This document shows positions 29,922-38,548 of a stretch of DNA of 64,000 nt, one piece after another. The stretch spans positions 26,912-90,911 of the forward strand of contig JAKLJE010000011.1 of the NCBI GenBank assembly GCA_023151315.1. Reading direction: 5' to 3'. The notes beneath the pieces were generated by a model. The model was not told the origin of the DNA, did not search any database, and worked only from the letters and a program-made list of their open reading frames with translations. This stretch comes from Bacteroidia bacterium (lineage in GTDB: Bacteria > Bacteroidota > Bacteroidia > Palsa-965). Both the position numbers and the translations under genes were made by a program. Positions within the stretch are counted from its first letter, which is position 1. Every line of letters starts with the position of its first letter.

Positions 29922-31055
29922 ATGAACCGGACAAAACTCAGTTACTGGGAGCGCGAACAATACTTCACCGGCATCGATGTCTTCATTGCAGGAAGCGGTA
30001 TAGTTGGAATCAATGCTGCACTGCAGTTAAAAAAACGTTTTCCTTCAATGAAAATCGTAATTGGAGAACGCGGAGTGATACCGACAGGAGCCAGCACAAA
30101 GAATGCCGGATTTGCCTGCTTCGGAAGTATGACTGAATTGATTGACGATCTGACACGGATGAGTGAAGACGAGGTTCTCGCTCTTGTGGAAAGACGATTC
30201 CGCGGATTGGCTCGATTACGAAATATGGTCGGAGATGCGAACATGGATCTGCAGATGCTGGGAGGCTATGAAGTGTTTGAAGATTCGGAATCGTTCAAAG
30301 AGTGCGCAGATCGTATTGGTGAGTTCAACGAAAAAATGAAAAAGACCATCGGACTCAGCAATGTTTATTCTGTGGCAGATGATAAAATTACGTCATTCGG
30401 TTTGGGAAATGTGAAACACATGATTCTCAATTCAGGAGAAGGACAAATCAATTCCGGAGCAATGATGAGTACCCTGATTTCCCTCGCGAAGCAGGAAGGA
30501 ATACAGTTCATGAACGGCATTGAAATTGAATCTTACTCGCGAAAAGGGAAAGAGTTGGAGATACAAACAACAGGCGGCTTTAGTTTCAATGCGGCCAATC
30601 TGTTTATCTGCACCAACGGATTTGCAAAAACTATTTTGCCGGAATTAAATGTTGAACCTGCGCGTGCGCAAGTATTGATCACTAAAGAAATTCCGGGATT
30701 GAAGCTGCGCGGTACGTTTCACTACGACAAAGGATATTACTACTTCCGGAATGTTGGCAACCGTGTTCTTTTCGGAGGAGGAAGAAATCTGAATTTCTCC
30801 GGAGAAAATACTGTGTCGCATGAACTCACGGAACAGATTCAGCAGCGACTCGATGAATTGCTGAAGAAAGTGATTTTACCGGGAACCAGTTACGAAGTAG
30901 ATATGCGTTGGGCCGGCACCATGGGTGTTGGAGAAGTGAAATCACCTATCGTAAAAGAAATTGAGCCCGGAGTTTACTGTGCTGTGCGTATGGGCGGAAT
31001 GGGCGTTGCGTTGGGAAGTTTGGTGGGCGAAGAAGTGGCGGCTATGGTCAGATGA
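29922..31055 (+). CDS. FAD-dependent oxidoreductase (DAO family)
   Basis: Dinucleotide-binding motif VFIAGSGIVGINAALQL. Length and C-terminal GGMGVALG pattern are typical of DAO-type flavoproteins. The ATG at 29922 (MNRTKLSYWE) is preferred over the TTG at 29901. Confidence 0.75.
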   Translation: MNRTKLSYWEREQYFTGIDVFIAGSGIVGINAALQLKKRFPSMKIVIGERGVIPTGASTKNAGFACFGSMTELIDDLTRMSEDEVLALVERRFRGLARLRNMVGDANMDLQMLGGYEVFEDSESFKECADRIGEFNEKMKKTIGLSNVYSVADDKITSFGLGNVKHMILNSGEGQINSGAMMSTLISLAKQEGIQFMNGIEIESYSRKGKELEIQTTGGFSFNAANLFICTNGFAKTILPELNVEPARAQVLITKEIPGLKLRGTFHYDKGYYYFRNVGNRVLFGGGRNLNFSGENTVSHELTEQIQQRLDELLKKVILPGTSYEVDMRWAGTMGVGEVKSPIVKEIEPGVYCAVRMGGMGVALGSLVGEEVAAMVR

Positions 31056-31145
31056 GGTCATGGGCAAATGAGTCAATGTACAAATGAGTCAATGTACAAA
31101 TTGGCAAATGAGTCAATGTGGAAATGAAACAATTGCCATGAGTGC
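31056..31145. repeat. 8-bp-period word array (left flank of the four-helix-bundle gene)
   Basis: CAAATGAG TCAATGTA CAAATGAG TCAATGTA CAAATTGG CAAATGAG TCAATGTG GAAATGAA ACAATTGC. It starts immediately after the TGA stop at 31053-31055. Confidence 0.85.
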
Positions 31146-31287
31146 TGGTAAGAACGATAAATAATAACGGGCTTCAGAGTTGAAAAATATTTTACCCCTA
31201 CGGGGTAATGTACGAAGCGTAAAATATTTTTTTGGAAGTACGTAAAAATCGATTTTAGATTTGCGGGATTTTTCACTTTAAGGTTAT

Positions 31288-31647
31288 ATGCAAGCTTCAA
31301 AAAATATTATCGTCGATCTTACCTTTCAATTTTCGCTTGACATTATCAGCTACACCAACGAGCTTGAACAACTGAGGAAATATGCTGTCGCTAATCAACT
31401 GTTACGGAGCGGAACGTCAATCGGAGCGAATGTGCGCGAAGCTCAAGCTGCTCAAAGTCGCCGGGATTTCATTCACAAACTGAAAATCTCGGAAAAGGAG
31501 ATGGAGGAAACGGAGTATTGGCTCGCTCTCTGTAAAAACTCTCCTAGCCTGCTCGATCCGGGAAAACTGGAAACCGATCTCGGAAACATAAAACGTGTTC
31601 TGGGAAAGATTTTGGGGACCTGCTACAGGAATGGGTATGCCAAATGA
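31288..31647 (+). CDS. four-helix-bundle protein (23S rRNA intervening-sequence protein / Avd family)
   Basis: 119 aa. Hallmark block QLLRSGTSIGANVREAQAAQSRRDFIHKLKISEKEMEETEYWLAL. Confidence 0.85.
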   Translation: MQASKNIIVDLTFQFSLDIISYTNELEQLRKYAVANQLLRSGTSIGANVREAQAAQSRRDFIHKLKISEKEMEETEYWLALCKNSPSLLDPGKLETDLGNIKRVLGKILGTCYRNGYAK

Positions 31648-31705
31648 TACAATGCTCAAATTATCAAATGAGTCAATTTGCAAATGATACAATTGGCAAA
31701 TTAGA
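31640..31705. repeat. 8-bp-period word array (right flank of the four-helix-bundle gene)
   Basis: CCAAATGA TACAATGC TCAAATTA TCAAATGA GTCAATTT GCAAATGA TACAATTG GCAAATTA. It shares the 13-mer CAAATGAGTCAAT with the left array. Confidence 0.85.
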
Positions 31706-31711
31706 CCTATT

Positions 31712-31820
31712 TCATTGAATAATATGAGCATTGAATAATTGCATCATTATCCAGCTGAGCCAAAGAGCAAACTACACCCATCTCATTGAACAATTTGAGC
31801 ATTGGATACTTGCATCAATT
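31712..31820. repeat. two copies of a ~37-bp direct repeat
   Basis: TCATTGAATAATATGAGCATTGAATAATTGCATCATT (31712-31748) versus TCATTGAACAATTTGAGCATTGGATACTTGCATCAATT (31783-31820). The second copy overlaps the stop of the 31815-32990 gene. Confidence 0.75.
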
Positions 31821-32990
31821 TGTAAGAACGCTCCTTTTCGCATAAGTATCGAGTTGCATATAAGCCACAATCACGCCATCCTTTCGCCGCCAGATAACGT
31901 AGAATGGTTTAATACTCCCGAAAGAGAAATTGTAATATTCCGTTTTCGTGATTTCAGAATTCACCTGCGTACGTTTCTTGTAAGGGAAGTAACTATCAAA
32001 AGTTGCCTTACCACCGTAGGAAGGCGGTTCGTACACCGGAGGAGGCGGAACATTCGTTTCGTAGTAAACCGGTTTCGCATGATAATCAATCAGCAACTGA
32101 TTCAAACCTTTCGTGATCGTCATTACGGAATCCTGATAGGCAACAAACAGCTCCAGCTTTCCTGATGGACTTGCAAGCATGTCAAGAACTGAAGTTTTGA
32201 TAACTCGAAACGATTGATCGGTTGAGTCAATGTATTGGTGATGTTCAATCAACTTTTCTTCCTTCCAGGATTTTGTCTCTTTCAGCCGGGAATTGTGCAA
32301 CAACGTATAGCCGCGTGATCCATCTGGAAAATAAGCGATTGTCTTATACCACGAAGAACTGTTTGATATCGTATCTCGCAACTCGTATTTAAACAATGTG
32401 TCTTTTCTGCTCAAACCAATTCCGTATAAAATGTGAACATCTTCATTTACGTCTTCGAACGTAAATACTTCGCGGTAAACTGAACTCAATTTCCATCTTT
32501 TCTTTCCGAGAGTTTCAAGATATTTCCATGAAGACACTGAATCATCTGCCTCTGTCTGCGGCTCCATGTCCGCGCGATACGCAATCTTTTCGTATGAATA
32601 CACGTTGCCAGCCGTATCTGCTTTCAGAATACGATACAAGTTGTGCTCAACGGTATCACTTCTGAACAAACGATATTCTTCCCACTCGTTTATCCGTCCT
32701 CGTTTATCGTAACGAAATTTGCGTCGCAAAGATGAATCCGGTGCAGAGAAATTCACGATCAGGTCGTTCACACATTTTCCCTGCTTGTCGTAATAGGTAG
32801 TTTGGACTTTGATCAGCTTATCGTCCCGATAGGTCGAATCCGTTTCCTGTACAATTCCAAGCCGACCATACAGCGCAGCGTTGGTATCCACAACTGTCCA
32901 ATGAAAACCCAAAGGCCAGAATTGTACTTCCTGTGCTTTGGCAGTGAGACCGAATAGAATAGTGAGCGTTACTATGAAATACCTAAGCAT
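31815..32990 (-). CDS. hypothetical secreted protein, paralogue A
   Basis: Signal peptide MLRYFIVTLTILFGLTAKAQ. It shares with the next gene the N-terminal Q.WP.G..W...DT, the central L[IV]EHH.YID[ST] and a proline run (PPPPVYEPP) followed by EYYNFS. Confidence 0.6.
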   Translation of the reverse strand: MLRYFIVTLTILFGLTAKAQEVQFWPLGFHWTVVDTNAALYGRLGIVQETDSTYRDDKLIKVQTTYYDKQGKCVNDLIVNFSAPDSSLRRKFRYDKRGRINEWEEYRLFRSDTVEHNLYRILKADTAGNVYSYEKIAYRADMEPQTEADDSVSSWKYLETLGKKRWKLSSVYREVFTFEDVNEDVHILYGIGLSRKDTLFKYELRDTISNSSSWYKTIAYFPDGSRGYTLLHNSRLKETKSWKEEKLIEHHQYIDSTDQSFRVIKTSVLDMLASPSGKLELFVAYQDSVMTITKGLNQLLIDYHAKPVYYETNVPPPPVYEPPSYGGKATFDSYFPYKKRTQVNSEITKTEYYNFSFGSIKPFYVIWRRKDGVIVAYMQLDTYAKRSVLTN

Positions 32991-33004
32991 CGATTGTGTA
33001 TGAG

Positions 33005-34204
33005 CTATCTCGACTTAAACGAAACTGTAGTTCTGGTAATTTTTATGCTTTCAGTGGTAACGCTTTTAACTATCCCACGCTGATCCACAATAATTATTGC
33101 GAGCGGTTTCGGATTCAAACTATTGAAATTATAGTATTCATAACGTAATGTACCATCGCTTTGCTTGAATTTCGCTTTAGTAATTGCCGGTGAATTTAAT
33201 GGATCCACATCCTGACGAGATTTAGTTTTGGCATTCGGCTTAATAGTCTCAGGTGCAGGAGGAGGTGGTGGTGAATCCAAGTCCACGAAGCCCGTCGAGC
33301 TTTGCGTATTGACTTCCGAATAAATCAAGGCACCCGCTTTAACGACTTTAGTTGTTTTTCCGTAAGTAATTACCAGTTCAGGGAGCGATTCAGCTGATAG
33401 TCTATCATATACATAACAAACTCTGGAATTGACATTACTCACCGTGTCGATGTATGAGTGGTGTTCTACTAAATCACCTTCTCGAAAAGTCTTGCTTTCA
33501 ACCACTCTGCCATTTTTAAGAACACTGTAACTAGTGAAATCCCCTAAGAATGCCCTGAACTTTTGAAATTCATTTCCAGAATCGTCACGATTAAGCGTAT
33601 GTACCAACAACGTATCCTTATCTCTAAAATATATAATACACTTGAGTTTACCGGTTTCGCAAATTGAATCCGTTATCCAAACCTGCCGATTACTGTAACC
33701 TAAATTAAAAAACTGCTTTGCCTTCGTATCTATGAATTTCCATTCGAGTTGTTTATCCTCCGTATATACCAACTTATCCACTGCCAGTCCATTTGACTCT
33801 TCCCATCTAAGCGGAATACCATCAGAACTGAATTTAGTAACGTTTACCGAAATACTCGATACGAGTTTACCTCCAGTGAACATTTCAACAACTCCACTCG
33901 CAACTCTCCATTGTTCATTATAACCAATCGTAATTCTTGAAAGATCTGGTTCGCTTCCTTTGTTTGTGAGAACCAAGCCAACCATTCTACCCAGTGTATC
34001 AAGTTCAGCACTTTTTATTGAGGTGAGCTTCCCATCAGTATAAATTGAATCCACAACATACTGAACATTATTTCTCCAGTGGGTCTCCAGACTTGTATCC
34101 AGTTCATACCAAAGTGATCCCACCGGCCATATTTGTCCGTTTTGAGCTTTAACCGCCTTAAAACAAAACAGCGCTACAAAAACTACAATGAAGTTTCTTA
34201 CCAT
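33005..34204 (-). CDS. hypothetical secreted protein, paralogue B
   Basis: Signal peptide MVRNFIVVFVALFCFKAVKAQ. LVEHHSYIDTV, SPPPPPAPE and YEYYNFNS are collinear with the 31815-32990 product. Confidence 0.6.
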   Translation of the reverse strand: MVRNFIVVFVALFCFKAVKAQNGQIWPVGSLWYELDTSLETHWRNNVQYVVDSIYTDGKLTSIKSAELDTLGRMVGLVLTNKGSEPDLSRITIGYNEQWRVASGVVEMFTGGKLVSSISVNVTKFSSDGIPLRWEESNGLAVDKLVYTEDKQLEWKFIDTKAKQFFNLGYSNRQVWITDSICETGKLKCIIYFRDKDTLLVHTLNRDDSGNEFQKFRAFLGDFTSYSVLKNGRVVESKTFREGDLVEHHSYIDTVSNVNSRVCYVYDRLSAESLPELVITYGKTTKVVKAGALIYSEVNTQSSTGFVDLDSPPPPPAPETIKPNAKTKSRQDVDPLNSPAITKAKFKQSDGTLRYEYYNFNSLNPKPLAIIIVDQRGIVKSVTTESIKITRTTVSFKSR

Positions 34205-34220
34205 CGGTTTCGTAAACGTT

Positions 34221-35303
34221 TCAATTCATCTTCAAAAAACTCACTCTTACCGAAAAGCGAGTAAACTCTTCCTTGCCTCCTCCCAGCTCATCGAGAAAGA
34301 GATACACCCAGCCTTGAGGAGTCTTCCAGGCAGTTTCCAGATAGATGTATTTGTAGCTCACGGAAAAATCTTTCGGTTCATATTCAGTGGTAATCCTGTT
34401 GGTTATTGTATCCGGAGTTCCCAATGATTTCATCCCTTCCGCGAGCAGTTTTTCAGCGCGATACTTGGAAGAGTTGTAAGCGAGAAATTCCGATTCGTCA
34501 CCGTAAGACCTGCCGTTTACACTCATGTAACTCATTTCAATCAATGTTCCGCTTCTGAATATAAACTTCCATGCAGCAGGATACTTCACAGAAATCTCAT
34601 TGTCCGTGATGATATATTGGTGCATTCCTTCGTTTGGATTCCCGGTTTGAATTCTTGGTTTGCGTTGAAGGAGCTCACCGCGAGTCTGCCCGACGCAGAA
34701 CGCAAATTTCGAATTCGCTGCTGAAGACGTCACACTTACATCAAACTGATAAGAGTCTGAGAGTTTCAGTGATTGGTTAACCGGGGCATTGATTCTGTTG
34801 CCCGTCGACAACTCAGTGGTAACACGAACTGTGATGTCGCTGCTGTCTTTTAATTTCCATTGAGCGAAATACAATTCAAAAAAAGGATGATCAGCAGGAT
34901 TTCCTGACGCGGCACGCGTATTCTGTTTGATCCACTTTCTGCGCACAACCGTTGCTTTACCTATCAGTTTTTCCAATTCATCAGAGAGCTTTAATGCAGA
35001 CACAACCATTTTTTGCACACGCGCAGAATCGAAATCCGGGTAACTGATTGAAGGTCCTTCCGCTTTCAGCGAACGGAATGAATATTCCGAAACAGTATCA
35101 TTAATAATTTTCCAAAGCGAACTACCGGAATAACCTGAAACTGTATCCCAAGTATTCAACCAATAAGCTTCTGCTTCAAAATCGCGTTTGGCTTCGGGAT
35201 ATCGCTTCTGGAATTCCGTTTCGCTCATGGATGCACTGAAACGATCGAGATGCGCATCAGCAACCAACGGAATAAGAACAAGAAAAAACAGAATACGTCT
35301 CAT
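34221..35303 (-). CDS. hypothetical secreted protein
   Basis: The ATG at 35303 gives the signal peptide MRRILFFLVLIPLVADA and avoids overlap with rocD. No recognisable motif. Confidence 0.55.
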   Translation of the reverse strand: MRRILFFLVLIPLVADAHLDRFSASMSETEFQKRYPEAKRDFEAEAYWLNTWDTVSGYSGSSLWKIINDTVSEYSFRSLKAEGPSISYPDFDSARVQKMVVSALKLSDELEKLIGKATVVRRKWIKQNTRAASGNPADHPFFELYFAQWKLKDSSDITVRVTTELSTGNRINAPVNQSLKLSDSYQFDVSVTSSAANSKFAFCVGQTRGELLQRKPRIQTGNPNEGMHQYIITDNEISVKYPAAWKFIFRSGTLIEMSYMSVNGRSYGDESEFLAYNSSKYRAEKLLAEGMKSLGTPDTITNRITTEYEPKDFSVSYKYIYLETAWKTPQGWVYLFLDELGGGKEEFTRFSVRVSFLKMN

Positions 35304-35329
35304 CGCAAGTCGGATGGAATCGGGGAAGA

Positions 35330-36565
35330 TCAATTGAAACTGAGAACAGTTCGCTTGATGATTTCTACACACTCCATGATCTGCACTTCATTCATCACCA
35401 ACGGAGGAGCAAAACGGATAATATCTCCGTGCGTTGGTTTTGCAAGCAGACCGTTATCCTTCAGTTTCATGCACACTTCCCAAGCGGAAATGCCGTCTTT
35501 CTCTTTGATCACCATTGCGGTAAACAAACCTTTTCCGCGAATGAGTGAAATGCGATCAGAACTGATTTTACGCAGTTCCGCACGGAGCATTTCTCCGAGA
35601 CGAAGAGAGTTTTCAGAAAGTTTCTCCTCTTTCAGAACATTCAACGCTTCAATCGCCACTTTGCACGCCAAAGGATTCCCACCGTAAGTTGAACCGTGTT
35701 CACCCGGCTTGATTGTCAACATAATTTCATCATCAGCTAACACAGCTGAAACGGGAAGAACACCACCAGAAAGTGCTTTACCGAGAATCACAATATCCGG
35801 ACGAACACTTTCGTGATCGCATGCGAGCATTTTACCGGTACGACCGAGTCCGCTTTGCACTTCATCGGCTACCATCAGCACATTATACTTATCACACAAT
35901 GCGCGAATACCTTTCAGATAACCTTCATCAGGCACCACAACACCTGCTTCACCTTGAATCGGTTCGAATACAAATCCGGCAACATTCTTATCCGTAAACG
36001 CATTTTCCAATGCCTGAAGGTTATTGTAAGGAACAATAACATAACCCGGTACCAGCGGACCGAATCCACCGTAGCTCGATGGATCTGTTGATGCAGAAAT
36101 TGATGAAATCGTTCTGCCATGGAAATTTCCTTCAACGAATAGAATTTTCGCCTGATTATCCGGAATACCTTTAACCGCATATCCCCAACGACGAGCAAGC
36201 TTGACTGCAGTTTCCACAGCTTCAACGCCTGTATTCATTGGTAAAACTTTATCGTAACCGAAAAAGTTTGTGATGAACTTCTCATATTCTCCCAATGAAT
36301 CATTGTAAAACGCACGCGATGTAAGCGTCAGTTTCGAAGCCTGATCTGTCAGCGCTTTGATGATTCTCGGGTGACAATGACCTTGGTTTACTGCAGAATA
36401 TGCCGACAGAAAATCGTAGTAGCGTTTTCCTTCAACATCCCACACAAAAACACCTTCTCCGCGTTCCAAAACTACGGGCAAAGGATGATAGTTATGCGCT
36501 CCATACTTATCCTCGAGGGACATCAACTCTTCTGAACGTGAAATTTTTTCGGCCACAACTGACAT
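35330..36565 (-). CDS. rocD: ornithine--oxo-acid aminotransferase
   Basis: Class III PLP aminotransferase. [46 protein letters not shown] is typical of ornithine aminotransferases. [11 protein letters not shown], and the PLP lysine in ILGKALSGG. Confidence 0.85.
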   Translation of the reverse strand: MSVVAEKISRSEELMSLEDKYGAHNYHPLPVVLERGEGVFVWDVEGKRYYDFLSAYSAVNQGHCHPRIIKALTDQASKLTLTSRAFYNDSLGEYEKFITNFFGYDKVLPMNTGVEAVETAVKLARRWGYAVKGIPDNQAKILFVEGNFHGRTISSISASTDPSSYGGFGPLVPGYVIVPYNNLQALENAFTDKNVAGFVFEPIQGEAGVVVPDEGYLKGIRALCDKYNVLMVADEVQSGLGRTGKMLACDHESVRPDIVILGKALSGGVLPVSAVLADDEIMLTIKPGEHGSTYGGNPLACKVAIEALNVLKEEKLSENSLRLGEMLRAELRKISSDRISLIRGKGLFTAMVIKEKDGISAWEVCMKLKDNGLLAKPTHGDIIRFAPPLVMNEVQIMECVEIIKRTVLSFN

Positions 36566-36635
36566 GATTAATTGGGATTAATTATTTCACAAAGTTAATA
36601 AATCGCCCCTTCCGAATGTGAAGATCCTCAGCCTA

Positions 36636-36764
36636 TCAAATACCTAAAAAAGGGTCATTATCATTTGATTTACTTTTATCCTTCATTCGTTTCAAGGTAT
36701 AAACAAGATAAACGGCGAAAATCACTCCTGCAGTTACAATGCCGGCAAACAATGCGATGACCAT
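36636..36764 (-). CDS. possible 42-aa single-TM micro-protein
   Basis: MVIALFAGIVTAGVIFAVYLVYTLKRMKDKSKSNDNDPFLGI lies between the kamA-like gene and rocD on the same strand. Supported only by the ORF and its TM-plus-basic-tail shape. Confidence 0.3.
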   Translation of the reverse strand: MVIALFAGIVTAGVIFAVYLVYTLKRMKDKSKSNDNDPFLGI

Positions 36765-36783
36765 ATGATTCAGTTTAATACTG

Positions 36784-38109
36784 TTACTCAAAAAAGAATT
36801 TCGCCTCTCCGAACGCCGGTTTAAGATCATCAATCCACGTAGCGTTAACATTATACTCGGCAAAGAACGGCCTGCCTACCCAATCCGGATTTCGTGCCTG
36901 CAGAAAGCGAAGTGTAATTACCTTCATCATTCCGGTTTTAGAGGGAACTTCTGAAACACCTAGCACTTGTACTTTACCGGGTGTGCATGACATACTTGGA
37001 CCGCGCACGGTTCGGCAAACACCGCTCACAGTTTGATAAGCTTTTCTGAAAATGGCCCATGCGCGAACCAACGGAACTTCAAAATAATGCTTCGCACCGG
37101 TATCGCGTGCAATAAACATGTAATACGGAATACAACCTTGCCGTACCTGCTCTTTCCACATCGCACTCCACACGTCAGGATCGTCGTTGATGTGTTTCAA
37201 CACAGGCGATTGAGTGCGAATGGTTGCTCCTGTTTTCCGAATCAATTGGATCGCTTCTTTCACTGCAGAAGTTGACAATTCAACCGGGTGAGTGAAATGC
37301 GCCATTACTGACAATTGAATACCACGATTACCAACTTCTGCGAACAGTTCCAGTAATTCTGTTGCATCATCATCGGTTAAGAATCGATAAGGCCAATACG
37401 CTAAAGCTTTGGTTCCGATCCGTATGGTGCGCAAGTGTGGTATTCCTGCGTCAAGAATCGTTCGGATATATCCGCTCAGCACACGTGTTTTCATAATTAA
37501 TGGATCACCTCCGGTGAACAGAATGTCGGTTACAGAGGGATTCTGTTTCACATATTCAATCAATGTATCCGTTTCCTTCATTGCGAAACGCATTCCTTCC
37601 ATACCCGTGAACTGAGGCCAACGAAAACAAAATGTACAATAAGCATGGCACGTTTGTCCTTGCGAAGGAAAGAACAGTACCGTCTCACCGTATTTATGTT
37701 GTACACCGTCAAGAAGATCTCCTTCGAACTCCGGAACATTCATTTCCCTCTGTCCTGCGGGATGCGGATTCAGTTCCTGACGAATTGAATTGACGACACT
37801 TTTTATCTGATTCTTCCCGACTTTGGATTTAAGCGTTTTCTCCACCAGTGAAAATTGTTCAGTAGTAAGCATTTCCCGCTGTGGAAATGTGAGTCTGAAA
37901 ATCGGATCGTCAGGAACATTATCCCAATTGATCAATTCATTGACAACATAATTGTTTACTTTGAATGGGAAAACGTGACTTACCACTTCGATTTCCCATT
38001 GTTGCTGCTTTGAAAGCATTTCTATCTGAGGAATACTTCTGAAAGTCCCTGTTCCGAATACCGAATACGAATCCGGCTTCGATGAAATTAAAGTTCTCAT
38101 CTCGCTCAT
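36784..38109 (-). CDS. KamA-family radical SAM aminomutase-like protein
   Basis: Radical-SAM cluster motif CHAYCTFCFRW (CxxxCxxC). FTGGDPL. Overall 441-aa layout as in lysine/glutamate 2,3-aminomutase relatives. The substrate cannot be inferred by eye. Confidence 0.8.
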   Translation of the reverse strand: MSEMRTLISSKPDSYSVFGTGTFRSIPQIEMLSKQQQWEIEVVSHVFPFKVNNYVVNELINWDNVPDDPIFRLTFPQREMLTTEQFSLVEKTLKSKVGKNQIKSVVNSIRQELNPHPAGQREMNVPEFEGDLLDGVQHKYGETVLFFPSQGQTCHAYCTFCFRWPQFTGMEGMRFAMKETDTLIEYVKQNPSVTDILFTGGDPLIMKTRVLSGYIRTILDAGIPHLRTIRIGTKALAYWPYRFLTDDDATELLELFAEVGNRGIQLSVMAHFTHPVELSTSAVKEAIQLIRKTGATIRTQSPVLKHINDDPDVWSAMWKEQVRQGCIPYYMFIARDTGAKHYFEVPLVRAWAIFRKAYQTVSGVCRTVRGPSMSCTPGKVQVLGVSEVPSKTGMMKVITLRFLQARNPDWVGRPFFAEYNVNATWIDDLKPAFGEAKFFFE

Positions 38110-38170
38110 GTATTAAAAAAGTTAAACAATTACGGTAGCGCGCAGATTGCAATACCGGTTTGATACAGTG

Positions 38171-38440
38171 CTAAGCCACAGATAACAGTAACTCAGGAAA
38201 CTCAGCTTCCATTTGAATGATGGCGGCATGGCGGTTGAAATCGCGTGAAGCATGACCCTTACCACCGGAATTTGATTGCAAAGCGACGTATAGGCTATTC
38301 ACGAAATGATTCAGTGATCCGAATTCATTCTGACTTTCCAGATATGTCTGCTTAATGATCCACCCCAGTTTCTCCAAATCATCACTGTCTCTTGCCCGAT
38401 CAATAAATTTCAAAACCTTATCTTCCGCTTTCATGATCAT
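38171..38440 (-). CDS. hypothetical small cytoplasmic protein
   Basis: The ATG at 38440 (MIMKAEDKVLKFIDRARDSDD ...) gives 89 aa. Helical, with no motif recognised. Confidence 0.45.
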   Translation of the reverse strand: MIMKAEDKVLKFIDRARDSDDLEKLGWIIKQTYLESQNEFGSLNHFVNSLYVALQSNSGGKGHASRDFNRHAAIIQMEAEFPELLLSVA

Positions 38441-38548
38441 TATGTTTTGAATTAAACTTGAGTTGACAGAACAAAGATCAAGCGCGACAGGTAACATAGC
38501 GGTGACTTAAATCATCGTAGAGAAGATTAACACTTTTTAGATTTAGAC

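Noticed and set aside
31073-31300. 75-aa minus-strand ORF upstream of the four-helix-bundle gene
   Set aside because: It is built largely from the 8-bp word repeats (translated HFHIDSFANLYIDSFVH) and spans a promoter-like AT-rich region. There is no coding signature.
31288-31647. Diversity-generating retroelement (the gene belongs to the Avd family)
   Set aside because: No reverse transcriptase ORF and no template/variable repeat pair with adenine-specific differences are visible within the window.
31731-32165. 144-aa plus-strand ORF
   Set aside because: It lies antisense to the 3' end of the 31815-32990 gene and starts in the 37-bp repeats, with no motif. The opposite-strand gene is supported by its paralogue.
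36784-36863. Longer version (75 aa) of the micro-ORF overlapping the 3' end of the kamA-like gene
   Set aside because: The upstream part overlaps kamA coding sequence out of frame. Only the segment from the ATG at 36764 has a coherent TM-plus-basic-tail shape, and even that is low confidence.
38470-38490. Possible Crp/Fnr operator (TTGAC-N9-ATCAA) in the divergent region upstream of the crp-like gene
   Set aside because: The spacing does not fit the canonical FNR (TTGAT-N4-ATCAA) or CRP (TGTGA-N6-TCACA) sites, and the half-sites are short enough to occur by chance.
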